This document shows positions 38,010-49,380 of a DNA stretch of 64,000 nucleotides, piece by piece. The translations under genes and the position numbers were made by a program. This DNA comes from Mobula hypostoma. Its lineage: Eukaryota. Numbering within the stretch: position 1 is the first letter of the stretch; every line of letters starts with the position of its first letter. The stretch lies in assembly GCF_963921235.1 (NCBI RefSeq), contig NC_086108.1, positions 116,996,001 through 117,060,000 on the forward strand, read 5' to 3'. The notes under the pieces are model-generated. The model saw only the letters and a list, made by a program, of their open reading frames with translations, had not been told where the DNA came from and did no database searches.

Positions 38010-38443
38010 CTTGGAACAATAAATTGGGAACAGATTTTCTCAGGGAAATGTACAGAAGAAATGTGGCAAATGTTCAGACAATATTTGCATGGAGTTCTGC
38101 ATAGGTACGTTCCAATGAGAGAGGGAAAGGATGGCAGGTTACAGGAACTGTGGTGTTCAAAGGCTGTTGTAAATCTAGTCAAGAAGAAAAGAAAGCCTTA
38201 CGATAGGTTCAAGGAACTAGGTAACGATAGAGATCTAGAAGGTTATAAGGCTAGGAAGGAGCTTAAGAATGAAATTAGGAGAGCCAGAAGGGGCCATGAG
38301 AAGGCCTTGGTGAGCAGGATTAAGGAAAACCCCAAGACATTCTACAAGTATGTGAAGAGCAAGAGGATAAGACATGAGACAATAGGACCAATCAAGTGTG
38401 ACAGTGAAAAAGTGTGTATGGCACCGGAGGAGATAGCAGAGGT
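38010..38443 (+). mobile_element. CR1 ORF2 linker fragment (family C)
   Basis: ELKNEIRRARRGHEKAL..IKENPKTFYKYVK. Confidence 0.85.
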
Positions 38444-40764
38444 AACCAATAAGGAAAAGGCTGATATGTTTGTAGAGGTGTTCCAAGCGTTACACAGTTC
38501 TGGAGAGTTAGGTGATTTGAGAAAGGAAATTATGTTAAAGGAAATCAAATATTGCTGTGATGATTGTACGTTCTAGTATCAATTGTTTGGCGACAATAAA
38601 GTATAAAGTATAAAGTATTAAAAAAGCATTTCAAAATAGAGAAGTAATGGTAAGTGTATTTCTAGATATTGAAAGAGCATATGACTCACTATTGAAGGAT
38701 GGTTTATTAATTAAACTCTACAATGCGGGAATTAGAGGTAGAATGTTTAATTGAATCAAAGATTTCCTTAAGCAAAGGACAATTCAAGTAAGAATAGGCA
38801 GAACAAGCTCCAGGTCAGTTAAAATAGGAAATGGCACCACTCAAGGAAGTGTCATTAGTCCAATTCTTTTTAATGTCATGATAAACGATATCTTTGATCA
38901 GGTAGGGACAGGATTTAGCAAATCATTGTTTGCAGATGATGGTGCAATCTGGAAAAGAGGAAGAAACATCAAGTATATAATAAGGCAGGTACAAAATGCT
39001 TTAAGATCACTTGAAAACTGGGCTAATAAATGGGATTTCGGGATTTCTGCTTCTAAGTCCAAATACATGATTTTTGGCTTTAGAAGAAAGATTCCTGATT
39101 GTGAATTATGTCTATATGATTCTCTACTAGAAAGAGTCAAGGTATTCAAGTTTTTAAGTGTCTGGTTTGATGAAAGACTAACTTGGAGGGTTCATATAGA
39201 TAAAACAATTGGCAAGTGTGAGAAAGTTTTAAATGTTATGAGAAGTATTGCTGGATGTAACTGGGGAGCAGGGCGGGAAACTATGTACTTAATATATCTA
39301 GCTACGATTAGATCAGTTATAGATTATGGTTGTATTGCTTATGGTTCCGCAGCTACGGCAGTGCTTGGAAAACTAGACACTGTGCAGTCCAAAGCACTTA
39401 GACTCTGTTGTGGAGCTTTTAGAACATCAGTCCTGGCATTATGTGTGGAGATGGGAGAAGTGCCTCTACATTTAAGACGAGTTCAGTTGGGCCGGCAGTA
39501 TTGGGAAAAACTGAATGGATTCAATCACAGCTGTCCATCAAAGTGTCTTTTGCAGGGGAAGTGGGAGCACCAAAGTAAAATTAAAAGATACCCATTTTTA
39601 GATTTGGTTAATAACTGGGCTGTGAAATTGAAACTGACTGAGGAAGACATAGTTGACCCAATTCGCTTACCACCCGTCCCTTTTTGGCTCTTTCCAGAAC
39701 CAGAAGTAGACCTATTTCTCCTTTTTCAGCTTCAAGGAAGCAGTGCAATTTCATCAGTGTTGATCACAAATGAGTATTTAAATAATAAATGGGGATCTTA
39801 TCTGACGATTTTTACTGATGGCTCAGTGGACCCAGAGAGCAGTAGGGCAGGATTTGGGATGTAGGTGTCTCAACTTGGAGTTAAGATTGGTCACCGGGTT
39901 TCAGATGGTGTTTCTGTCTTTGCAACAGAATTATTAGCAATCCTCTGGGCCGTATGGTGGATAGAAGACTCTCGACTACGGAGGGTTATCATCTGTTCAG
40001 ATTCTGCTGCTGCCTTAGAGTCTATAAAAGGGAGTAAATCAAAAGCTCGTCCTGACATAGTTACTGAGATTCTCTTAGTATTGTTTAGAGTAGGGAAGAT
40101 GGGTTGTGCAGTTAGATTTTCATGGATACCTGGGCATGCTGGAGTGGAGGGAAATGAAATTGTGGATGGCATTGCAAAGTCTTCCTTACAGAGCAGGCAA
40201 GTAGAAATTAGAGTTCCCCTAGGCAGAGCAGAATTGAGAAGTAGGATTAAAAAAGGTATAGAGAAGAAGTGGCAGGAGGATTGGAAAAATGAATTAAGGA
40301 GCAGGCATTATTTTTCCAGTCACCCACTAGATAAAAAGGTCTCAGATTGTTACCTTTTAAGTCGTAGAGATATGGTGAAATTTACAAGACTTATGTTGGG
40401 GCATTGTGGGCTAAATTATTATTTAAAGATAATAGGAAAACATCCTACTGGATTATGTGACTGTGGTAGTCCAGAGACAGTCCAGCATGTTTTGCTGAGC
40501 TGTAATCGATACAAAACTGAAAGAAGCATGTTGTTCAAGAGGCTATGTGGCTTAAATTTATTTTGGTTTTCTATTAAATCTTTGTTTGGCCATCAAGAGA
40601 ATCAACATCTGATTGAAGAGTCTATTATTCAGTTTATACGTGAGACTAGGTTGTATTTCAGAATTTGAGTTCCTTGAAGTTCTATAATTAATTATACATC
40701 CTGCGGAGGGCTGTAATATGCCTAGATGCATCGAAACAGGAAGAAGAAGAAGAAGAAGAAGAAG
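38444..40764 (+). mobile_element. I-group (Nimb-like) non-LTR retrotransposon: RT, RNase H and CCHC knuckle with (GAA)n tail; 5'-truncated, with stops
   Basis: LDIERAYD, TQGSVISP and LFADD (RT); IFTDGS, TELLAI, CSDS and WIPGHAGVEGNE.VD (RNase H); CDCGSPETVQHVLLSC. In-frame TAG at 39862-39864; (gaa)n at 40740-40764. Confidence 0.92.
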
Positions 40765-43378
40765 AGCAGCCTCACAAAAGGTTCAAAAACCTGGGTAATG
40801 ATAGAGATCTAGAAGATTATAAGGCAAGCTGGAAGGAGCTTAAGAAAGAAATTAGGAGAGCCAGAAGGGGCCAAGAGAAGGCCTTGGCGAGTAGGATTAA
40901 GGAAAACCCCAAGGCTTTCTAGAAGTATGTGAAGAGCAAGAGGATAAGACGTGAGAGAATAGGACCGATCAAGTGTGACAGTGGAAAAGTGTGTATGGAA
41001 CCGGAGGAGGTAGCAGAAGTACTTTGTTTCAGTATTCACTACAGAAAAGGATCTTGATGATTGTAGGGATGACTTACAGCGGACTGAAAAGCTTCAGCAT
41101 ATAGATATTAAGAAAGAGGATGTGCTAGAGATTTAGAATATAGAACATAGAAAACATACAGCACAATATAGGCCCTTTGGCCCACAAAGCTATGCCGAAC
41201 ATGTCCCTAACTTAAAACTTCTGAAGCTTTACCCATAGCTCCATGTAGCCATCAAGGAGTCTGTTAAAAGCCCCTATCGTTTCCAGCTCCACCACCACTG
41301 CTGGCAGCCCATTCCACGCACTCACCACTCTCTGCGTAAAAACCTTATCTCTGACATCTCCTCTGTACCTACTTCCAAGCACCTTAAAACTACGCCCTCT
41401 CATGTTAGCAATTTCAGCCCTGGGGAAAAGCCTCTGACTATCCCCACGATCAATGCCTCTCATTATCTTATACACCTCTATCAAGTCACCTCTCATCCTC
41501 CGTCACTCCAAGGAGAAAAAGCCGAGTTCACTCAACCTATTCTCATAAGGCATGCTCCCCAATCCAGGCAACATCCTTGTAAATCTCCTCTGCACCCTTT
41601 CTATGGTTTCCACATCCTTCCTACAGTGAGGCGACCAGAATTGAGCACAGTACTTCAAGTGGGGTCTGATCAGGGTCCTATATAGCTGCAACATTACCTC
41701 TCTGCTCTTAAACTCAATCCCACAACTGATGGCCAATACACCATATGCCTTCTTAACCACAAAGTCAACCTGCATAGCAGCTTTGAGTGTCCTATGGACT
41801 CAGACCCCAAGATCCCTCTGATCCTCAATGATTTTGGAAAGTATCCAGTTGGATAAGTCGCCCAAACTGATGAGATGTACCCCAGGCTACTGTGGGAAGT
41901 GAGGGAGGAGATTGCTGAGCCTCTGGCGATGATCTTTGCATCATCAATATGGATGGGAGAGTTCTGGATGATTGAAAAGTTGCAGATGTTTTTCCCTTAT
42001 TCAAGAAAGGGGGTAGAGATAGCCCAGGAAATTATAGACCAGTGAGTCTTACTTCAGTGGTTGGTAAGTTGATGGAGAAGATCCTGAGAGGCAGGATTTA
42101 TGAACATTTGGAGAGGCACAATATGATTAGGAATAGTCAGCATGGCTTTGTCAAGGGCAGGTCATGCTTTACGAACCTGATGAAATTTCTTGAGGATGTG
42201 ACTAAACACATTGATGAAGGAAGAGCAGTAGATGTAGTGTATATGGATTTCTGCAAGGCATTTGATAAGGTACCCCATACAAGACTTATTGAGAAAGTAA
42301 AGAGGCATGGGATCTAAGGGGACATTGCTTTGTGGGTCCAGAACTGGCTTGCCCACAGAAGGCAAACAGTGGCTGTAGACCGGTCATATTCTGCATGAAG
42401 GTCAGTCAATCAGTGGAGTGCCTCAGGGATCTGTTCTGGGACCCATACTCTTCGCGATTTTTATAAATGACCTGGATAAAGAAGTGGAGGGATGGGTTAG
42501 TAAATTTGCTGATGACAGAAAGGTTGGAGGTGTTGTGGATAGTGTGGAATTGAATGTTTAATACAGTAGTAATGATATTTTAATCTGAATGTCTTCACTG
42601 TCTTGTAAGTAAGACCATAAGACAATAAGATATAGGAGCAGAATATAGAATTAATGGTAAGACTCCTGGCAGTTCGGAGGATCAGAGGGATCTTGGGGTC
42701 CAAGTCCATAGGACACTCAAAGCTGTTGTGCAGGTTGACTATGGTTAAGAAAGCATACGGTGCATTGGCCTTCATAATCATGGGATTGAGTTCAAGAGCC
42801 GAGAGGTAACGTTGCAGCTGTATAGAGCCCTGGTGAGATCCCACTTGGAGTACTGTGCTCAGTTCTGGTCGCCTCACTATCAGAAGGATGTGGAAACCAT
42901 AGAAAGGGTGCAGAGGATATTTACAAGGATATTGCCTGGACTGGGGAGCATTCCTTATGAGAATAGGTTCAGTGAACTCAGCCTTTTTTCCTTGGAGTGA
43001 CGGAGGATGAGAGGTAACCTGATAGAGGTGTATAAGGTGATGCGAGTCATTGATCGTGTGGATAGTCAGAAGCTTTTTCCCAGGGCTAAAATGACTAACA
43101 CAAGAGGGCACAGTTTTAAGATGCTTGGAAATAGGTACAGAGGGTATGACAGGACTAAATTTTTTACGCTGAGAGTGGTGAGTGCATGGAATGGGCTGCC
43201 GGCGGCAGTGGTGGAGGTGGAAACAATAGGATCTTTTAAAAGTCTCCTGGACAGGTACATGGAGCTCAGAAAAATAGGAGAATATGGGTAATCCTAGGTA
43301 ATTTCTAAGGTAAGGACATGTTTGGCACAGCTTTGTGGGCCGAAGGGCCTGTATTGTGCTGTAGGTTTTCTATGTTTT
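40765..43378 (+). mobile_element. CR1 LINE (family C), RT to 3' tail, interrupted at 41131-41828 and 42548-42640
   Basis: ORFs 42042..42317, 42812..43000 and 43007..43291; tail gtgctgtaggttttctatgttt. Confidence 0.9.
41133..41828 (-). mobile_element. CR1 (family C) 3' fragment nested antisense in a same-family copy
   Basis: Tail tagaatatagaacatagaaaac; ORFs 41212..41496 and 41503..41775. Host reads gtgctagag|...|ttttggaaag across it. Confidence 0.9.
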
Positions 43379-43379
43379 C

Positions 43380-45845
43380 CAACATCCTTTGTGTGATCTG
43401 CAAACGTGCTCACCCTCCCGTCCACTTGCTCATGCAAGTCAGTTATAAAAATCACAAAGAGCGGGAGTCCCAGAGCAGATCCCTGTGCAATACCACTGGT
43501 CACTGAACTCCAGACAGATTATGCTCCATCTCTTCCTTCTGTGTGCAAGCCATTTCCAAATACATTCAGACAGGTTTTCCTGTATCCCGTGCTCCTGACT
43601 TTCTGAATGAGCTTACCATGGGAACCTTGTCAAATACCTTCCTAAATTCCATGTATACCCCATACACTGCTCTGCCTTCATTAAAAATTTTTGTTGTTTC
43701 CTCATAGAACTTAATCAGACTCATGAGGCATGACCTGCCCCTCACAAAGCCATGATGAGTATCCCTAATCAGACTTTACTCTCCAAATGCTCAAAAAATC
43801 CTGTCTCGAAGACTCCTCTCCATTAGTTTGCCAACTACTGATGTACAACTCAGTAGTCTGTAATTCCTAGGTTTATTCCTATTACCTTTCTTGAAGAATG
43901 GACCAATTTTGTTACCCTCCATGACTGCATAACTTATACATAAACACCTCTATCACAGTTATTCCACCACAACCCCTGGCAGCTCAGTCTGATCACCCAC
44001 CACTCCTTACACAAAAAATCCTTGTCCCATACAGTTTCTGAACTTGCCCCTGCTGTATTAGACATTTCATCCCTAGGACATCTTCCGATAGCCCCAGAGC
44101 CAAGCTGGCTGCGGCTCTGGTTGCCTCAGTGTTAGGAAGAATGTTATGAAGCAACAAAGTCCATGAAAGATTCACCAGGATGTTACCAAGTCTAGACGAC
44201 ATGGGTTACAAGAGGAGGCTGGGTAGGCTGTTACTGTTTTCTCTGGAGCATAGGAGGGTGAGGGGTGGCTCTTCGAGAAGTTTATGTGTAGATGCTGAAT
44301 GGCCACTAGCATTTTCTCATCGTGGGGGAGGGTATTGTTTTAGATGAGGAGCAGAGATTTAAAGGACCCGATGGGGAACATTTTCCGCACAGACACTGGT
44401 GAGTATATGGAATGAGCTGCCAGAGAAAGTTTTATTTACAACATTTAACAAACATGTGGAGAAGTACATGGACAGGAAAGGTTCAGGATAGGGCAAATGG
44501 AATGAGTGTAGGTAGGCACTCTGGTCAGCATGGACCTGTTGGGTTAAAGGACCTGGTTTAGTGCTATGATCATAAGACCATAAGACACTGGAACAGAATT
44601 AAGCCATTCAGCCCATTAAGTCTCCTCTGCGATTCCATCATGGCTGACTTATTATCCCTCTGAACCCCATTCTCCTGCCTTCTTCCCATAACCTTTGACA
44701 GCCTGACTAATCAAGAATATATCAACTTCCAATTTAAATATACCCAATGACTTGGCCTCCACAGCTGTCTGTGGTAATGAATTCCAGGGATTCGCCAATT
44801 AAAGAAATTCCTCCTCATCTCTGTTCTAAATGGATGTCCCTCTATTCTGAGGCTGTGTCGTCTAGTCATAGACTCCTCCACTATAGGAAACATCCTCTCT
44901 CCCTCCACTCTATCCAGGCCTTTCAATGTTCATTAGGTTTCAATGAGATCCCCCCCTCATGCTTCCAAACTCCAATAAGTACAGGCACAGAGCTATAAAA
45001 TGCACCTCATATGAGAAAGCTTCCAATCCTGGGATTACTCCTCTGGACCTTCTCCAATACTATCACATCTCTTCTTAGATAAGGGGCCCAAAACTGCTCA
45101 CAATACTCCAAATGTTTTCTGACCAATGTCTCATAAAGCCTCAGCAATATATCTTTGCTCTCGTATTCTTGAAATAAGTGCGAAGATTGCATTTCCGTTC
45201 CTCACCACTGACTCAGCCTGAAAGTTAACGTTTCCGAATCCTGAACATGGATTCTCAAGTCCCTTTGCATCTCAGATGTTTGAATTTTTTCCTCATTTAG
45301 AAAATAGTCTACACATTTAATCCTTCTACCAAAGTGAATCCCCATACAGTTCCCTACACCATATTCCATCCATCACTTCTTTGCCCATTTTCCCAACACT
45401 ACCTGCCCCTCCACTTACCTTGGTATAAAGGCATCAATTCTGTCATGCAAATCATTCGCATGTAATGTAAAAAGAAGTGATCCCAACACCAACCCCTCGG
45501 CACACCACTTGTCACTGACATCCTTCCTTTGTTCCCACTCTTTGCCTCCTGCCAGTCAGCCACTGCTTTATCCATGCTAAAATATTTCCTGTAATACCAT
45601 CGGCTCTTATCTTGTTAAGCAGCTGCTTTTGCAACACCTTGTCAAATACCCAACGTCCACTAACCTGCCTTTGACAATCTTGCCTGTTACTTCCCTTTAA
45701 GGAAAACATGCAGACTTTGACCTCATCCCCAACAATGGACTCCAACACCATCCCGACCACTGATGTCAAACTAACTGACCTATAATTTACTTTCTTCTGC
45801 CTCCCTCTCTTCATAAACAATGGACTGACATTTGTAATACTCTAA
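43380..45845 (-). mobile_element. Cluster of older CR1 fragments (minus 43380-43925, plus 44160-44570, minus 44570-45845)
   Basis: RT motif remnants in ORFs 44711..44926, 45007..45192 and 45512..45820; tail cataagaccataagac. Confidence 0.75.
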
Positions 45846-45944
45846 TCAAATAACTTTGAATCTATTACTATATGAATGCCAACACTGTGGGAAGGGCATT
45901 ACCAAAGGAGGGTCAACCTATGCGACTGAGGGAAGGACATATTG

Positions 45945-48568
45945 TGGGAGGGGTGGTACTGAGGGAGGGTCACACTGCGAGAGGGTGGTACTGAGGGAGG
46001 GTCACACTGTCGGAGGGGTGGTACTGAGGGAGGGTCACACTGTGGGAGGGTGGTACTGAGGGAGGGTCACACTGTGGGGGGGGTGGTACTGAGGGAGGGT
46101 CACACTGTGGGAGGGGTGGTACTGAGGGAGGGTCACACTGTGGGAGGGGTGGTACTGAGGGAGGGTCACACTGTCGGAGGGTGGTACTGAGAGAGTGTCA
46201 CACTGTGAGAGGGTGGTACTGAGGGAAGGTCACACTGTGGGAGGGTGGTACTGAGGGAGGGTCACACTGTGGAGGGGTGGTACTGAGGGAGGGTCACACT
46301 GTGGGAGGGGTGGTACTGAGGGAAGGTCACACTGTGGGGGGGGGTGGTACTGAGGGAGGGTCACACTGCGAAAGGGTGGTACTGAGGGAGGGTCACACTG
46401 TCGGAGGGTGGTACTGAGAGAGTGTCACACTGTGAGAGGGTGGTACTGAGGGAAGGTCACACTGTGGGAGGGTGGTACTGAGGGAGGGTCACACTGTGGA
46501 GGGGTGGTACTGAGGGAGGGTCACACTGTGGGAGGGGTGGTACTGAGGGAGGGTCACACTGCGAGAGGGTGGTACTGAGGGAGGGTCACACTGTCGGAGG
46601 GTGGTACTGAGAGAGTGTCACACTGTGAGAGGGTGGTACTGAGGGAAGGTCACACTGTGGGAGGGTGGTACTGAGGGAGGGTCACACTGTGGGAGGGGTG
46701 GTACTGAGGGAGGGTCACACTGTCGGAGGGGTGGTACTGAGGGAGGGTCACACTGTGGGAGGGTGGTACTGAGGGAGGGTCACACTGTGGGAGGGGTGGT
46801 ACTGAGGGAGGGTCACACTGTGGGAGGGGTGGTACTGAGGGAGGGTCACACTGTCGGAGGGGTGGTACTGAGGGAGGGTCACACTGTGGGAGGGTGGTAC
46901 TGAGAGAGTGTCACACTGTGGGAGGGTGGTACTGAGGGAGGGTCACACTGTGGGAGGGGTGGTACTGAGGGAGGGTCACCCTGTGGGAGGGGTGGTACTG
47001 AGGGAGGGTCACACTGTGGGAGGGACGGTACTGAGGGAGGGTCACACTGTGGGAGGGGTGGTACTGAGTGAGGGTCACACTGTAGGAGGGGTGGTACTGA
47101 GGGAGGGTCACACTGTCGGAGGGGTGGTACTGAGGGAGAGCCACACTGTGGGAGGGGTGGTACTGAGGGAGGGTCACACTGTGGGAGGGGTGGTACTGAG
47201 GGAGGGTCACACTGTGGGAGGGGTGGTACTGAGTGAGGGTCACACTGTAGGAGGGGTGGTACTGAGGGAGGGTCACACTGTCGGAGGGGTGGTACTGAGG
47301 GAGAGCCACACTGTGGGAGGGGTGGTACTGAGGGAGGGTCACACTGTGGGAGGGGTGGTACTGAGGGAGGGTCACACTGTGGGAGGGGTGGTACTGAGGG
47401 AGGGTCACACTGTGGGAGGGGTGGTACTGAGGGAGGGTCACACTGTCGGAGGGGTGGTACTGAGGGAGGGTCACACTGTGGGAGGGTGGTACTGAGAGAG
47501 TGTCACACTGTGGGAGGGTGGTACTGAGGGAGGGTCACACTGTGGGAGGGGCGGTACTGAGGGAGGGTCACACTGTGGAGGGGTGGTACTGAGGGAGGAT
47601 CACACTGTAGGAGGGGTGGTACTGAGGGAGGGTCACACTGTGGGAGGGGTGGTACTGAGGGAGCGTCACACTGTGGGAGGGGTGGTACTGAGGGAGGGTC
47701 ACACTATGGGAGGGTGGTACTGAGAGAGTGTCACACTGTGAGAGGGTGGTACTGAGGGAAGGTCACACTGTGGGAGGGTGGTACTGAGGGAGGGTCACAC
47801 TGTGGAGGGGTGGTACTGAGGGAGGGTCACACTGTGGGAGGGGTGGTACTGAGGGAAGGTCACCCTGTGGGAGGAGTGGTACGGAGGGAGGGTCACACTG
47901 TGGGAGGGTGGTACTGAGGGAGGGTCACACTGTGGAGGGGTGGTACTGAGGGAGGATCACACTGTGGGAGGGGTGGTACTGGAGGAGGGTCACACTGTGG
48001 GAGGGGTGGTACTGAGAGGGTCACACTGTGGGAGGGGTGGTACTGAGGGAGGGTCACTGTGGGAGAGGTGTTACTGAGGGAGGGTCACACTGTGGGAGGG
48101 GTGGTACTGAGGGAGGGTCACACTGTGGGAGGGGTGGTACTGAGGGAAGGTCACCCTGTGGGAGGAGTGGTACGGAGGGAGGGTCACTCTGTGGAGGGGG
48201 TGGTACTGAGGGAGGGCCACACTGTGGGAGGGGTGGTACTGAGGGAGGTTCACACTGTGGGAGGGGTGGTACTGAGGGAGGGTCACAATGTGGGAGGGGT
48301 GGTACTGAGGGAGGGTCACACTGTGGGGGGGTGTTACTGAGGGAGGGTCACACTGTGGGAGGGGTGGTACTGAGGGAGGGTCACACTGTGGGAGGGGTGG
48401 TACTGAGGGAGGGTCACACTGTGGGAGGGTGGTACTGAGGGAGGGTCACGCTGTGGGGGGGTGGTACTGAGGGAGGGTCACACTGTGGGGGGGTGGTACT
48501 GAGGGAGGGTCACGCTGTGGGGGGGTGGTACTGATGGAGGGTCACACTGTGGGAGGGGTAGTACTAAG
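45945..48568. repeat. 32-33-bp G-rich minisatellite (gggaggggtggtactgagggagggtcacactgt), about 80 copies
   Basis: Direct tandem repeat; 11-aa periodicity (GGVVLREGHTV) in spurious ORFs. Confidence 0.97.
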
Positions 48569-48574
48569 GGAAGG

Positions 48575-48840
48575 AGGCAGGTTGCTAGGAGGATGTACTC
48601 GTGGGCATGGTCCTGGGCCTGGCCAAGTTGGCCATTCACGGGTCTAGGCAGCAGAAAGTGCAGGGCGCGGCCTGAGCCAACTGTCTGTCCCTTTTCATGC
48701 CCGGCTGTCCTTGAAGAGGGAGCAAGTGGTCGGAATGGGTACATTGGGGGATTTCCGGGAGCAGTGGGCCCCCCAGGGAATTGAATGTTTAATATAGCAG
48801 TAATGGTATTTTAATTTGATTGTCTTCACTATCTTGTAAA
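48575..48840 (+). mobile_element. Tx1/L1-group LINE ORF2 C-terminal fragment
   Basis: Translates as VLGLAKLAIHGSRQQ ... GTLGDFREQWAPQGIEC, resembling Tx1-clade C-termini (recognised from memory). Confidence 0.55.
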
Positions 48841-49380
48841 TACGACCATAAAACCATAAGATGTAGGAGCAGAATATAGAATTAATAGAATGTAGAACAT
48901 AGAATAGAACAGCACAGTACAGGCCCTTCGGCCCACAATGATGCGCTGACCCTCAAACCCTGCCTCCCATATAACCCCCCACCTTAAATTCCTCCACATA
49001 CCTGTCTGGTAGTCTCTTAAACTTCACTAGTGTATCTGCCTCCACCACTGACTCAGGCAGTGCATTCCACGCATCAACCATTCTCTGAGTAAAAAACCTT
49101 CCTCTAATATCCCCCTTGAAATTCCCACCCCTTACCTTAAAGCCATGTCCTCTTGTATTGAGCAGTGGTGCCCTGGGGAAGAGGCGCTGGCTATCCACTC
49201 TATCTATTCCTCTTAATATCTTGTATACCTCTATCATGTCTCCTCTCATCCTCCTTCTCTCCAAAGAGTAAAGCCCTAGCTCCCTTAATCTCTGATCATA
49301 ATGCATACTTTGTAAACCAGGCAGCATCCTGGTAAATCTCCTCTGTACCCTTTCCAATGCTTCCAATCCTTCCTATAGTG

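Noticed and set aside
45945..48568. CRISPR-like regular ~33-bp repeats
   Set aside because: Units are head-to-tail with no unique spacers, there are no cas genes, and the context is vertebrate; this is a minisatellite.
48593..48784. ORF ending GRNGYIGGFPGAVGPPGN as a possible collagen exon
   Set aside because: It is on the opposite strand to the collagen, I found no supporting splice sites, and another frame reads as a Tx1-like LINE C-terminus.
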